Positions 18,052 through 27,017 of a stretch of 64,000 nucleotides of DNA are shown piece after piece. The stretch spans positions 11,649 to 75,648 of the forward strand of contig PAYZ01000019.1 of assembly GCA_002716085.1 (NCBI GenBank), in the 5' to 3' direction. This DNA comes from Methanobacteriota archaeon (GTDB taxonomy: Archaea > Thermoplasmatota > Poseidoniia > Poseidoniales > Thalassarchaeaceae). The stretch's first letter is position 1; each line of letters starts with the position of its first letter. The notes under the pieces were generated by a model that was not told the origin of the DNA, ran no database searches, and worked only from the letters and a program-made list of their open reading frames with translations. The translations under genes and the position numbers were made by a program.

Positions 18052-18944
18052 TTCCTCTGTAAAAGCATCAACTCTTCCGTGGAAAGGGTATCTCCTGACA
18101 TCAACTTTGACATCAAATCAGTCATTTCAACACGATCCTCGTCTTTGTCTTCACTCTTTGATCCTGAAAACTTGATAATATCCTGCATAGAATGAATACA
18201 TCGAAGGGAAATAATGTAATTGTTATGTAGTTTGTCGGCTTCATTTTTTGTGGCAGTAAGACGTACATGTTCTGAATTAGCCATTTCTCTAAGCCTATCC
18301 ACTTCATTTGAAAGCTCCATCATCAAAGAATGAGCTTCTTCTGACTCAGCAGAAGCTTTTGTCACCGCATCATGAGCCTTCTGTTGGCTTTTTTCCGCCA
18401 GTTTGACCTTCCTTAGAACGTTTGAACTGCTAGCTTCTTCTTGGGCCTTCAGATCGTTGTACTGACTCTGCAGCCTCTTCATCTTTGAGAAGAAATCTTT
18501 TTCCTTTTTGGGGCCAATCTGACCTGTTTGGTGCCTCCATTCGAGTTTATTCATCTGATCTCTAATCTTCCTTGAAGTTTGCCTATTTCCCTTCTTTCCG
18601 TTGCTAGAAATCTTTTCTGACGAATTCCTAAATTCTGACCTCAAACTCTTCAAGATCTGAGTCTTTTCTAGTCTAACTTTTCTGAGATCAGCGACCTTTC
18701 CATTCGCCTCGTTCCTGATGGCCTTCTGCTTCTGGACCTCTGTGATGAGCTCCTTTACCTGCCGATTAATTTCATTTCTCTTGTCAAGCTGACCCCTTAC
18801 TTTAGAATTCAACTCGTCACGCTTATCCTTGAAATCATTTAGCTTCTCTCCGACTTCATCTCTTTTCAACTCAAACATTCTTTGAACATTCGATTGATTG
18901 AGACTCATAGGCACACCTCGTTCCTTCGTGAATTGGATTCCCAT
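18048..18944 (-). CDS. long coiled-coil protein, COG1340-like (paralog 1)
   Basis: 298-aa K/E/R/N-rich heptad ORF. Contains 'KRDELNSKVRGQLDKRNEINRQVKELI', 'KLEWRHQTGQI' and the C-terminal 'TLSTEELMLLQ'. The family assignment is from memory. Confidence 0.65.
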   Translation of the reverse strand: MGIQFTKERGVPMSLNQSNVQRMFELKRDEVGEKLNDFKDKRDELNSKVRGQLDKRNEINRQVKELITEVQKQKAIRNEANGKVADLRKVRLEKTQILKSLRSEFRNSSEKISSNGKKGNRQTSRKIRDQMNKLEWRHQTGQIGPKKEKDFFSKMKRLQSQYNDLKAQEEASSSNVLRKVKLAEKSQQKAHDAVTKASAESEEAHSLMMELSNEVDRLREMANSEHVRLTATKNEADKLHNNYIISLRCIHSMQDIIKFSGSKSEDKDEDRVEMTDLMSKLMSGDTLSTEELMLLQRN

Positions 18945-18968
18945 TTAAGCAATACCGATAATATTTCT

Positions 18969-19937
18969 TTACTCCTTCCTAGCGGCAACATTGCCCTTTC
19001 TGCCACCTCTTCTCGACACCCCTAACTTTCTCTTCCTCTTCTTCTTGGGTCTCTTTTCTCCTTTGAGCAAATCCTTAGAGCCTTCGTTTGAATCTGCAAT
19101 AGAGGCAAATCCCCCCGATTCTAGCAAAGCCCCCATTTCTTCTGCGCTTAGAGGACCTCCAGTAGCTGCAATTCCACGGATTTCTGACATCTTTGCCCTA
19201 CCCGGTCTTCCTAATGCAATCTTTGAATAATCCTCGATTCTTCTAAGCTCCTTTCTCTCGTTACTAATGGAGATTTTTGTTTTTTCCAGCTTCATATCTA
19301 TCCTTGAAATGCTTTTGCTAACCTTCCTAATTTCTTTCCTGCTGACCTTTTCCTCGTCTAGACCTGCATCATCTTTCAACTCAGACAAAGTCTTTTTTGA
19401 CTTCTGTTTATTTTCGTCCAAAGAACCTGAGATATCCTTCATGCTGCTAACTCTTAACAGATATTCTCGATGAGATTCCTCGGCCTCTCTCTTCCTAATT
19501 ATCGATGCTTGAATCTCGAAGAATCTGCTAAAAGCAGCTAGTTCAGGATTTAGCATTGGAACTGCAGTAAGATCATTGTCAATCCTTGTTAATGCGTTGT
19601 ATGTATCACTCAACCATTCTTCTAGAATGTTCGAAGGGGGCGGTATGCATTTGTTGATGGCATCTCTCTTATCCCTATGTTTCTGAGCCTCCATTCTAGT
19701 TTTCCGGAATTCACCTAGTAATTTCTTCCGACCAGATCCCGACTCTTCCAATCCCCCTATTGCAGATCTGAGTGCCTTCACGATCATTACCTGATTCTTC
19801 CGCTCGTCCCTTAACTCGCCCATTTCAGAATTTAGAGATTTCAGAAAATCTTTCTTCTGACGAATTAATTTCTTCAACTCCTCATTATTGCGATCCTCCA
19901 GATCAGCCCATTTTGAATGAGTTTTATCATTATTCAT
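18969..19937 (-). CDS. long coiled-coil protein, COG1340-like (paralog 2) with basic C-terminal tail
   Basis: 322-aa ORF, coiled-coil throughout, with the tail 'KKKRKRKLGVSRRGGRKGNVAARKE'. It has an ATGA overlap with the upstream paralog. Confidence 0.65.
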   Translation of the reverse strand: MNNDKTHSKWADLEDRNNEELKKLIRQKKDFLKSLNSEMGELRDERKNQVMIVKALRSAIGGLEESGSGRKKLLGEFRKTRMEAQKHRDKRDAINKCIPPPSNILEEWLSDTYNALTRIDNDLTAVPMLNPELAAFSRFFEIQASIIRKREAEESHREYLLRVSSMKDISGSLDENKQKSKKTLSELKDDAGLDEEKVSRKEIRKVSKSISRIDMKLEKTKISISNERKELRRIEDYSKIALGRPGRAKMSEIRGIAATGGPLSAEEMGALLESGGFASIADSNEGSKDLLKGEKRPKKKRKRKLGVSRRGGRKGNVAARKE

Positions 19938-20773
19938 TCCTCCTCACTCCTTGTTTTCTTGGTGTTCTTGGAACGAGATCTTTTTGAAAATGTGGAAGGA
20001 CCACCATTTCTGACAGTATCTCTTCCCCTCAGCAGATCCTTGAATCCTGGGGCTATTTGGCCAAATCCTTCCTCGAGCCTTCTTTCCCAATGCCCTATTG
20101 CCTTGTCACTCTGAGATAATAGTTCTCTGGCCCTATCCAACTGACCTTTTATCTCTCTTAACTCTTCAGAGGCTGTAGAACTTTTTTCATACAGGGACTG
20201 TGCCCTTTCTACAGAATCAAGCATTCTCGAATGTGCTTTGTCCGCCTTTTTGAATAGCCTCGACATTTCTTTACTTTTGTCTATGTATTGCAACATATCC
20301 GGATTAGAGTCTTTTCTATCTTTGAGCCACTTATCATTCTCAGAAATTAGCACCCTTCTTCTCTCAAGCAGCTTTCTTTCAGACCTTTGATCTAGAGCAG
20401 AAGTTTGAATTTCATGCTCTAGTTTCTCAATCTCTTCAATTAGCTTCCTTTTCTTCCATTTCGGGTCAAGACTAATCATTCCTCCAGATTTGTTTAGCCT
20501 TTCTCTAATCTCCTTAATCTCTGAAACGATAATATTTGCTTTAATTTGCGCATCGTCTCGCTCGCCTTTCAGATTTGAGACCTTTTTGTTAGCAGCTTGA
20601 AAGGCTTCGGAGCCCCTCTCGACCTTCGGCGTCAATGAATCCTCTTCAGCTTCAAGATTCCTGATTACTCCTGGGAGGCTTTCTTTTAACATCAGCCTAC
20701 GCTTTAGAAGAGAGCTCGCCAACTCTTCAGGACCAACATTCAACAGAGCTTCCGTGTCCATTTCGTTCGGCAT
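19934..20773 (-). CDS. long coiled-coil protein, COG1340-like (paralog 3)
   Basis: 279-aa ORF. Contains 'NLKGERDDAQIKANIIVSEIKEIRERL' and 'IEKLEHEIQTSAL', plus a basic/Ser-rich end 'KRSRSKNTKKTRSEEE'. Confidence 0.65.
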   Translation of the reverse strand: MPNEMDTEALLNVGPEELASSLLKRRLMLKESLPGVIRNLEAEEDSLTPKVERGSEAFQAANKKVSNLKGERDDAQIKANIIVSEIKEIRERLNKSGGMISLDPKWKKRKLIEEIEKLEHEIQTSALDQRSERKLLERRRVLISENDKWLKDRKDSNPDMLQYIDKSKEMSRLFKKADKAHSRMLDSVERAQSLYEKSSTASEELREIKGQLDRARELLSQSDKAIGHWERRLEEGFGQIAPGFKDLLRGRDTVRNGGPSTFSKRSRSKNTKKTRSEEE

Positions 20774-20854
20774 CCCGGAAATGCATCCATTATAGCCCTA
20801 TTTGGAGCAGTTTTTTGGGGTTCATTGATACGATGACTTTACTAGGATGCCGCA

Positions 20855-22387
20855 ATGAAAGGATCAATCGAGAGATCGACTGCATTTTGCATAGTATTGC
20901 TCGCTTCCTTTTCTATCTGCATCATTTCTCCAGATCATACTCTGACCAATGGCCAAGATTTCGGAAAAATGAGCTCAGGAGATTCCAACTCGACTGCAAA
21001 TTTCAGTAGTTCTGGAGATTCTGGAATTGCAGTTTCGGGCGAGCCAGCATTTCTTGGGGACTCACTAATTGCTGCTGTACTTGTTTCCAATTCTGGTAAC
21101 TCTTCAGGCTCTGTTGATTTGAATCTAGAACATGTTTCTTCAGGTCAATTTTTCTCTGGAGAAAAAACTCTTATTTCTCCAGGCTCAACTAGGGAAATCG
21201 CAGCCAACTTCTCCCCAGTGGAAAAGGGACAAAATTTTTTCAGATGGTGGGTTTCTTCTGATGGTGGGAACATCAGCTCCACTCTATTCGGAGAATTTTC
21301 CATTGAAGCTTACGATAGTCAGGATATTTTTCTTAGCCTAGAATCTTACGAGTGGTCAGATGAGCTAGGCCTAGAAGTTTCAATTTCAGTAATTCTTTCT
21401 CCTGGAAAGTCTAGGAATATCGATCTCATTCTTTCGAAAGAGCATGGGGGGGCCACTTCTCAATTACAGAGTATTTCAGTCAAACTTGACCCTGGGAAGA
21501 GGGATCTAAATTTCGAGCTAGGAAATCCGCAGTTAGATTCGATTCACATCGAAGCAGTTCCAATAGGATGGGCTCATTCTTCAAACTCCACAGATTCATC
21601 ATTTATGCCTGTCGAATTACCCTCATTGGACCCCTCTATGCTTTCGGTTGAGGCAACATTCAGTCCCGAGATGCCAACTTCCGGGGAAAGAGTTGTAGCA
21701 AAAATTTCACTTTCGAACTCGAATGAATTCCAGGCAGAAGCCGGAAAGGTCAGAGTAATTCATTCCTCTGACAAAACAATTCTAGCAGAGACATCCGTTC
21801 AATCAGTTAATCCCGGATCAACAGTAACTAGCGATGTCGCAGTACAATCATGGCCCGGTGGTGATAGAATTGAGTTGGAGGTCCAATGGTCAACTGGAGA
21901 AGTATCTTCAGAGAAGTTTTTCTCTGTAAACTCACAAGTGGAGGATCCACTAATTGACGTACCCTTCGATATCGTCTCCGCAGGTTTTGGCATTCTTGCT
22001 GGTTCGATGTCAATAATGGTAGGCACACTAATTTGGAGAGCCGTTTCAACAAGGACCCCCACTACTTCCGATGAAGGATTGAGAGAAACAAAGGAGCGCT
22101 CTGAGAGCCAGTCAAGAAAGGAGAAATCAGAAATTTCCTGCACCCACTGTGATCAAAGATTGATGGTGCCCTCGGGACACGTTGGGGCAGTTAGGTGCCC
22201 TTCATGCACGATGGAGTTCAAGGTAGGGGTAGCGGAAGAATCGAAAGTCGTTGTTCGTTCAAAAGAGGATATACTAAATTGTCCCGAATGCGACCAAGCA
22301 CTCAGGGTTCCTATTGAAAAGAGACCAGTTATGTCTAGATGCCCTGTTTGCAAGATTGAGTTCATGGCAGAGTCTGAGGTGATGTAA
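20855..22387 (+). CDS. signal-peptide / beta-sandwich-repeat (CARDB-like) / single-TM protein with two cytosolic zinc ribbons
   Basis: 510-aa ORF. It has the signal 'STAFCIVLLASFSICIISP', three repeats of an 'N.G..sg.v.l....PGST..v...' type, the TM 'VSAGFGILAGSMSIMVGTLIW', then 'CTHCDQRLMVP...VRCPSCTMEF' and 'CPECDQALRVP...SRCPVCKIEF' (MJ0042-like fingers). Confidence 0.65.
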   Translation: MKGSIERSTAFCIVLLASFSICIISPDHTLTNGQDFGKMSSGDSNSTANFSSSGDSGIAVSGEPAFLGDSLIAAVLVSNSGNSSGSVDLNLEHVSSGQFFSGEKTLISPGSTREIAANFSPVEKGQNFFRWWVSSDGGNISSTLFGEFSIEAYDSQDIFLSLESYEWSDELGLEVSISVILSPGKSRNIDLILSKEHGGATSQLQSISVKLDPGKRDLNFELGNPQLDSIHIEAVPIGWAHSSNSTDSSFMPVELPSLDPSMLSVEATFSPEMPTSGERVVAKISLSNSNEFQAEAGKVRVIHSSDKTILAETSVQSVNPGSTVTSDVAVQSWPGGDRIELEVQWSTGEVSSEKFFSVNSQVEDPLIDVPFDIVSAGFGILAGSMSIMVGTLIWRAVSTRTPTTSDEGLRETKERSESQSRKEKSEISCTHCDQRLMVPSGHVGAVRCPSCTMEFKVGVAEESKVVVRSKEDILNCPECDQALRVPIEKRPVMSRCPVCKIEFMAESEVM

Positions 22388-23041
22388 ATGACGGATTTCT
22401 CCGAGAACGAAGAAATGTATTTGAAGAGGATTTTTGAGATACACAGCGAATCACCAGGGGACATTGTAAAGACTACTCAATTGTCAGAAAAAATGGGCAT
22501 TAGCCCTGCTTCAACTACTGAAATGATCCAAAGACTCTCAGAAAGAGAAATGATTACTCACATCCCATATAGGGGATTCAGACTTACCCCAGAGGGTTTC
22601 CAATTAGCTGCTAGGATAAAGAGGAGGGAGGTATTGCTACAGATCCTACTATCCGATATAGTCGGCTTCCAGGGAGATGTGGAGAGCGTCGCTTGCAAGA
22701 TGGAACACGCAGTTGGAAAAGAACTCGAAACAGCACTGGACCGTCTTCTCGGTTACCCTCAAAGGGCCCCAGACGGCTCATCAATACCATCCATGCAGAG
22801 GGATTTCCACAAGATAGGGATAGGAACGCTTCTTCCTATCGGAAAATTACCTGAAGGATACTCGGCATCCGTTGAGTTGATAATTGTTAACGAACCTGAG
22901 AAGGTTACCATTAGAGAAGCGGGAGTCTCAGTTGGATCAGAAATTACTAACTTGGGAGGGAAACTTACATGCTCAGGCAGCAGCCTGGATTTTTCTAGAG
23001 AGATTGGCATGAAGATTATGGCTAGGGTTAGCTCATTGTAG
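22388..23041 (+). CDS. DtxR/MntR/IdeR-family metal-dependent transcriptional regulator with C-terminal FeoA/SH3-like domain
   Basis: 217-aa ORF whose ATG directly follows the previous stop. The wHTH region is 'VKTTQLSEKMGISPASTTEMIQRLSEREMI...RGFRLTPEG', followed by a dimerisation helix 'RREVLLQILL'. Confidence 0.85.
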   Translation: MTDFSENEEMYLKRIFEIHSESPGDIVKTTQLSEKMGISPASTTEMIQRLSEREMITHIPYRGFRLTPEGFQLAARIKRREVLLQILLSDIVGFQGDVESVACKMEHAVGKELETALDRLLGYPQRAPDGSSIPSMQRDFHKIGIGTLLPIGKLPEGYSASVELIIVNEPEKVTIREAGVSVGSEITNLGGKLTCSGSSLDFSREIGMKIMARVSSL

Positions 23042-23050
23042 GTCGAAATC

Positions 23051-24628
23051 ATGGAAGAAAACTCCGATCTAAGAACCTTGGTAGACATCGAGTCTGACAT
23101 CGAGGATATGGTTGCAGCACTCGAGTCAGAAACCCCCCCTGCTCCAGAAATAAACAAGATGATCAAGGAAGAATCGAAATTTGAAGAAAGAGAACTCAGG
23201 GATTCTCTCAAGAATCGAGAAGCTATACTCTCGGGGCTAGACGATCTCCTAATCAGCAGAGGTGCAAGATTAGTTCTATTCTTGCCAATCTTTGTCATTT
23301 TCCTTTTTGGTTTGGCCCAGTCGTACAGGGGCGCAGATCCTGAGTGGTGGGAAGGTAGTGTTCGAGAACTTTTCTTCGGCCTATCGTTTTCTAAGTCAGT
23401 ATATCTTCTGTCCCTAGTGATTATGGTTGCAGATCTCGTACTATTGTTTATCCTTCATTATCTATTATGGCTTACACGCAAAATCTTCCAGATTGATACT
23501 GATGAAATTACATCCTCTGGAGTTACTTTCCGCAGTGCTCATGGATATAGCGAGATGAGGGCAGTAATCGAGGGGGCCTCAAATCAGCTAAATCTAACTA
23601 CATCCCTTATGGTTCTAGCAACATTGCTTCTTTCTGTTGCACTTAATTTCTCCACAGAAACCCAAGGTGTTCCTGTCCTAATTGCTCTTTCTACTGGTGC
23701 TCTACTTTCCGGTCACAGCGTATACATGGTGTCCGAGAGGCCTCGTTTCAACACAGTAAACCCATGGGGCCTGCTTGATTCATTTTCCCCACCCATTCAT
23801 CCAGCTCTGCTTAACAAGCCATTCACAGACGTAATCAGGGCACATGTAGATCCATTGCTCGCAGTAAGATTTTCGAAATATGTCTCATCATTCAATAGTG
23901 ACTTGAAGAAGGGAGTCTCCCTTTCAGATCTCCAGGAATACCTCCTTCAGATGCTCGATATGTTCAGATCCGGGGTGATTAGTGAGGAGGATTTCCACAT
24001 AGCACTGTCTACCATGGTAGATACCAAGACAATAGATCAAATAATCAATCATCCTGAACTGGGAGAAGAGACCTTGGACAGGCTTCTAGTGCATGCAAGG
24101 GAAAGGTGCGCCCCATTTTTCCGACTTAATGACAGACTAAGGATGCACTTAGCTAGCCCTTCAAAACATGCAATCTGGTTCGATGTTGATATGGAGAATC
24201 TTACCTTCGGTCATGCAAACTTATTCGCCTACATTTTGAACCAAACACCCGATCCACAGGACTTGATACTAAGGGTGCAGACTCCAGACTTCAGACCTAA
24301 TGAGTGCGTATACAGGATAAGGGCCGAACCTCTAGATTCCGAGTCATTTGCTAGCTACACTGTTTACGATAAAGTATCAAACTCAATGATTTCTTCACGG
24401 ATTATTTGGCAATCTCTCATTCCATCTTCAATGGGTGAAGCTACTGTGACTGTAAGGCTTGAGGACTCATCTGGAAACCTGATTTCAGGAAAAGTCCTAA
24501 CCGCCCAAATTCGTTCAGACCTATTTACTCGACTAAGAATGACAACTGGGGCCATATTCATGCTAGGCGCCGCATTGGCGTTAATTTCCCCTATTTTACC
24601 ATTCGCCGCTGGAATATTGGGACTTTAG
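23051..24628 (+). CDS. polytopic membrane protein with large soluble domain, unknown function
   Basis: 525-aa ORF. An acidic N-terminus is followed by about 5 TM helices, a roughly 250-aa soluble region and a terminal TM, 'AIFMLGAALALISPILPFAAGILGL'. Confidence 0.6.
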   Translation: MEENSDLRTLVDIESDIEDMVAALESETPPAPEINKMIKEESKFEERELRDSLKNREAILSGLDDLLISRGARLVLFLPIFVIFLFGLAQSYRGADPEWWEGSVRELFFGLSFSKSVYLLSLVIMVADLVLLFILHYLLWLTRKIFQIDTDEITSSGVTFRSAHGYSEMRAVIEGASNQLNLTTSLMVLATLLLSVALNFSTETQGVPVLIALSTGALLSGHSVYMVSERPRFNTVNPWGLLDSFSPPIHPALLNKPFTDVIRAHVDPLLAVRFSKYVSSFNSDLKKGVSLSDLQEYLLQMLDMFRSGVISEEDFHIALSTMVDTKTIDQIINHPELGEETLDRLLVHARERCAPFFRLNDRLRMHLASPSKHAIWFDVDMENLTFGHANLFAYILNQTPDPQDLILRVQTPDFRPNECVYRIRAEPLDSESFASYTVYDKVSNSMISSRIIWQSLIPSSMGEATVTVRLEDSSGNLISGKVLTAQIRSDLFTRLRMTTGAIFMLGAALALISPILPFAAGILGL

Positions 24629-24662
24629 TCTTCTTCAATAAGGGGACTCTTATCCCGATAGT

Positions 24663-25649
24663 GTGGACCAAGGGGGACAGCCTGTTGATGACCTAAGGAC
24701 TAGGTTGCACGCTATGGAGTCTAAACTCAGAAGGATGAGGGATCAGAGGAACTCTCACAATGAGTCCGCAAAAAGGTCCTCTGACTCCAGGAACTCAGTT
24801 AACTCACAGGGAAAGGAACTGAGGGAGATAATCAACTCTAGGATGGAAGATCAGAAGGAAACCCGTGCCCAAGCAAAAATACATCAAGCTCGAAGGGATG
24901 AGATTCAGAAAAGCATTCGAGATCTTGTCTCTAGAAAAAGAGGAAAGAGAGATGATAGCCCTGGAAAGTCTGTGGTAATCCAACTCTCTGAGACAGTCGG
25001 TGAGATTGAGAGAATTGAGAACAGGATTATGACTGATGGTACTCTTTCTTTAGACAAGGAGAACTCATTGATAAAAAAACTCAAGTCTCTAATTTCCAGA
25101 AGGGACAAACTAATTCCTGACGTCGAGGAACATCAGATAATTTCTATTGACCTTAGCGATATGGATGAGTCGATTCAGAAGCTAAGAGCCGAGGCCGATA
25201 ACGAGCATAGCCTTATGATTGAACAGAACAAATTGGCAGACGATATTTGGCTAGAAATCAAGCCAATGCTTGAGGAAAGAGACTTCCTTCGAGGGGAGGG
25301 CGACAGATTGCACTCAATCTACTTAGAAGAGAGGGCCAAGGCAGATGAGGTTCACCAAGACATTGTAGAAATGCTTTCAAAAGTCAACGAGATAAGAGAC
25401 GAGATCAGATCCCAGAATGAACGGAGGGAGAGAACTATTCGTGAGCACAACGAGTCAGTAAGACAGGCTCTCAGAGGTCCGGACGAAGATGAAGAGCTAG
25501 CTGACTCTTTGTCAGAGAGATTGTTGGATGGCAAATCGATTAAATTCGGAGGAATCGTCTCTTCAGATAACACCATACAACAATCCAGCACTGGGAGAAA
25601 GAAAAGAACAACTAGGAAGCTGGGCACAACTAGGGGGAGAAAGAGATAG
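24663..25649 (+). CDS. long coiled-coil protein, COG1340-like (paralog 4) with basic C-terminal tail
   Basis: 328-aa ORF with a GTG start. Contains 'RMRDQRNSHNESAKRSSDSRNSVNSQGKELREII' and 'IERIENRIMTDGTLSL', and the tail 'GRKKRTTRKLGTTRGRKR'. Confidence 0.65.
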   Translation: MDQGGQPVDDLRTRLHAMESKLRRMRDQRNSHNESAKRSSDSRNSVNSQGKELREIINSRMEDQKETRAQAKIHQARRDEIQKSIRDLVSRKRGKRDDSPGKSVVIQLSETVGEIERIENRIMTDGTLSLDKENSLIKKLKSLISRRDKLIPDVEEHQIISIDLSDMDESIQKLRAEADNEHSLMIEQNKLADDIWLEIKPMLEERDFLRGEGDRLHSIYLEERAKADEVHQDIVEMLSKVNEIRDEIRSQNERRERTIREHNESVRQALRGPDEDEELADSLSERLLDGKSIKFGGIVSSDNTIQQSSTGRKKRTTRKLGTTRGRKR

Positions 25650-26657
25650 CTACCACCCTCTCTCGTCTAGTCTAACTTCAAGGCTATCTACCTCCAAACC
25701 AGGCATGGCCTCTCCAACCATTTCGCTAGCTTCAGCTACTATATTGGAGTCTTCGAAGTGGTGAGTGGCTAGCACAATGGCCTCTGCAGTCCTAGTGGGA
25801 TCAGAACTCTTGAAGATACCAGAACCAACGAAAATTCCATCCATGCCATGTCTCATCATTAATGCTGCATCAGTTGGAGTAGCTATGCCTCCTGCAGAAA
25901 AAGTAACAACTGGCAGCCTACCCGAATTTGCCACTTCATCTAGAACCTCTGAGACCTCTTCCTTTATTGATTCAATTTCCCCAAATGGGGTGGTAATGAC
26001 TTTGCCCCCTATATCGGAGTGCCTCTCAAGAATACTATACTTCTCAATTATCGAATCGACCATTGCCCCCCTCTCCTCTTCTTTTGCATTCATGGCCGTC
26101 TTAATCTCAGCATCGATAAGCCTGGCATGCTTTACAGCACTAACCACGTTACCAGTACCAGCCTCACCTTTGGTCCTAATCATTGCAGCTCCTTCTGAAA
26201 TCCTTCTTACTGCTTCTCCAAGGTTCGTACACCCGCATACAAAAGGAATCGTGAACTTGCTTTTTGCTATATGGTAGAACGGATCAGCAGGAGTCAAAAC
26301 TTCTGATTCGTCGATCATATCAACGCCTAATGATTCCAAAACCCTAGCCTCTTCATCATGACCAATTCTGGCCTTTGCCATTACTGGAATGCTAGTAGTT
26401 TCGATGATTTCCTTAATCAATGAGGGATGACTCATTCTAGCAACTCCTCCTGTAGATCGAATATCGGATGGTACTCTCTCAAGAGCCATTACGGACACTG
26501 CTCCAGAGTCTTCAGCTATGTGAGCCTGTTCGGGAGTCACTACGTCCATTACTACTCCTCCCTCCTGCATTTTAGCAAATCCTCGCTTGAGGAGCTCTGT
26601 GCCATGCCTCATGGACTCAAGATTTACCCTCTCAGACACAAGACCTCCTCCGGGCAT
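25650..26657 (-). CDS. pdxS: pyridoxal 5'-phosphate synthase lyase subunit PdxS
   Basis: 335-aa ORF. Contains '[43 protein letters not shown]', '[10 protein letters not shown]' and '[11 protein letters not shown]'. Confidence 0.95.
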   Translation of the reverse strand: MPGGGLVSERVNLESMRHGTELLKRGFAKMQEGGVVMDVVTPEQAHIAEDSGAVSVMALERVPSDIRSTGGVARMSHPSLIKEIIETTSIPVMAKARIGHDEEARVLESLGVDMIDESEVLTPADPFYHIAKSKFTIPFVCGCTNLGEAVRRISEGAAMIRTKGEAGTGNVVSAVKHARLIDAEIKTAMNAKEEERGAMVDSIIEKYSILERHSDIGGKVITTPFGEIESIKEEVSEVLDEVANSGRLPVVTFSAGGIATPTDAALMMRHGMDGIFVGSGIFKSSDPTRTAEAIVLATHHFEDSNIVAEASEMVGEAMPGLEVDSLEVRLDERGW

Positions 26658-26690
26658 GCACTCAAGAACCCTATTATTGTGAAGGGACCC

Positions 26691-26966
26691 CTAATCAGCA
26701 AGGACAGGCGAATCGCCCTCTGCAATTGGCAGATCTGGAGCCTCTACCTCATTTCTCTCAAGCCAACTCATTTCTTCTTCAGGAAGATCGGTGTCAGCGA
26801 ATATTGCCTCGGTAGGACACTCTGGAATACATGCCGCACAGTCTATACATTCGTCAGGGTCGATGACCAGGTATTCTTCGGCTTCCCTAAATGCCTCTAC
26901 TGGACAGACATGGACGCAGTCTTGGTATTTACAACTAACACATGCGCTCGTTACAACATGGGTCAT
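26691..26966 (-). CDS. 7Fe-type ferredoxin ([3Fe-4S][4Fe-4S], FdxA-like)
   Basis: 91-aa ORF with the Cys pattern '[14 protein letters not shown]...[14 protein letters not shown]'. Confidence 0.9.
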   Translation of the reverse strand: MTHVVTSACVSCKYQDCVHVCPVEAFREAEEYLVIDPDECIDCAACIPECPTEAIFADTDLPEEEMSWLERNEVEAPDLPIAEGDSPVLAD

Positions 26967-27017
26967 TAATACAATGTGTGCATGTATGTGGCATATGAAA
27001 TCTTGTGTTGAAATTCC

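Noticed and set aside
22759-23298. A 179-aa minus-strand ORF bridges the DtxR gene and the start of the 525-aa membrane-protein gene.
   Set aside because: The sense strand carries a clear DtxR wHTH/FeoA-like sequence. The antisense product is low complexity (S-rich) with no signals.
25649-25650. The stop codons of coiled-coil paralog 4 (+) and pdxS (-) abut with zero spacer. I considered this as a sign of mis-assembly or gene truncation.
   Set aside because: Both proteins have complete, family-typical C-termini (a basic tail, and the PdxS 'LDERGW' end). Convergent abutting or overlapping stops recur elsewhere in this compact window, at 4582-4585, 18048-18051 and 53838-53845.
25765-26277. A 170-aa plus-strand ORF lies inside pdxS. 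A 180-aa ORF at 26427-26969 covers the pdxS start and the ferredoxin gene.
   Set aside because: PdxS and the 7Fe ferredoxin on the minus strand are unmistakable, so these are shadow ORFs.
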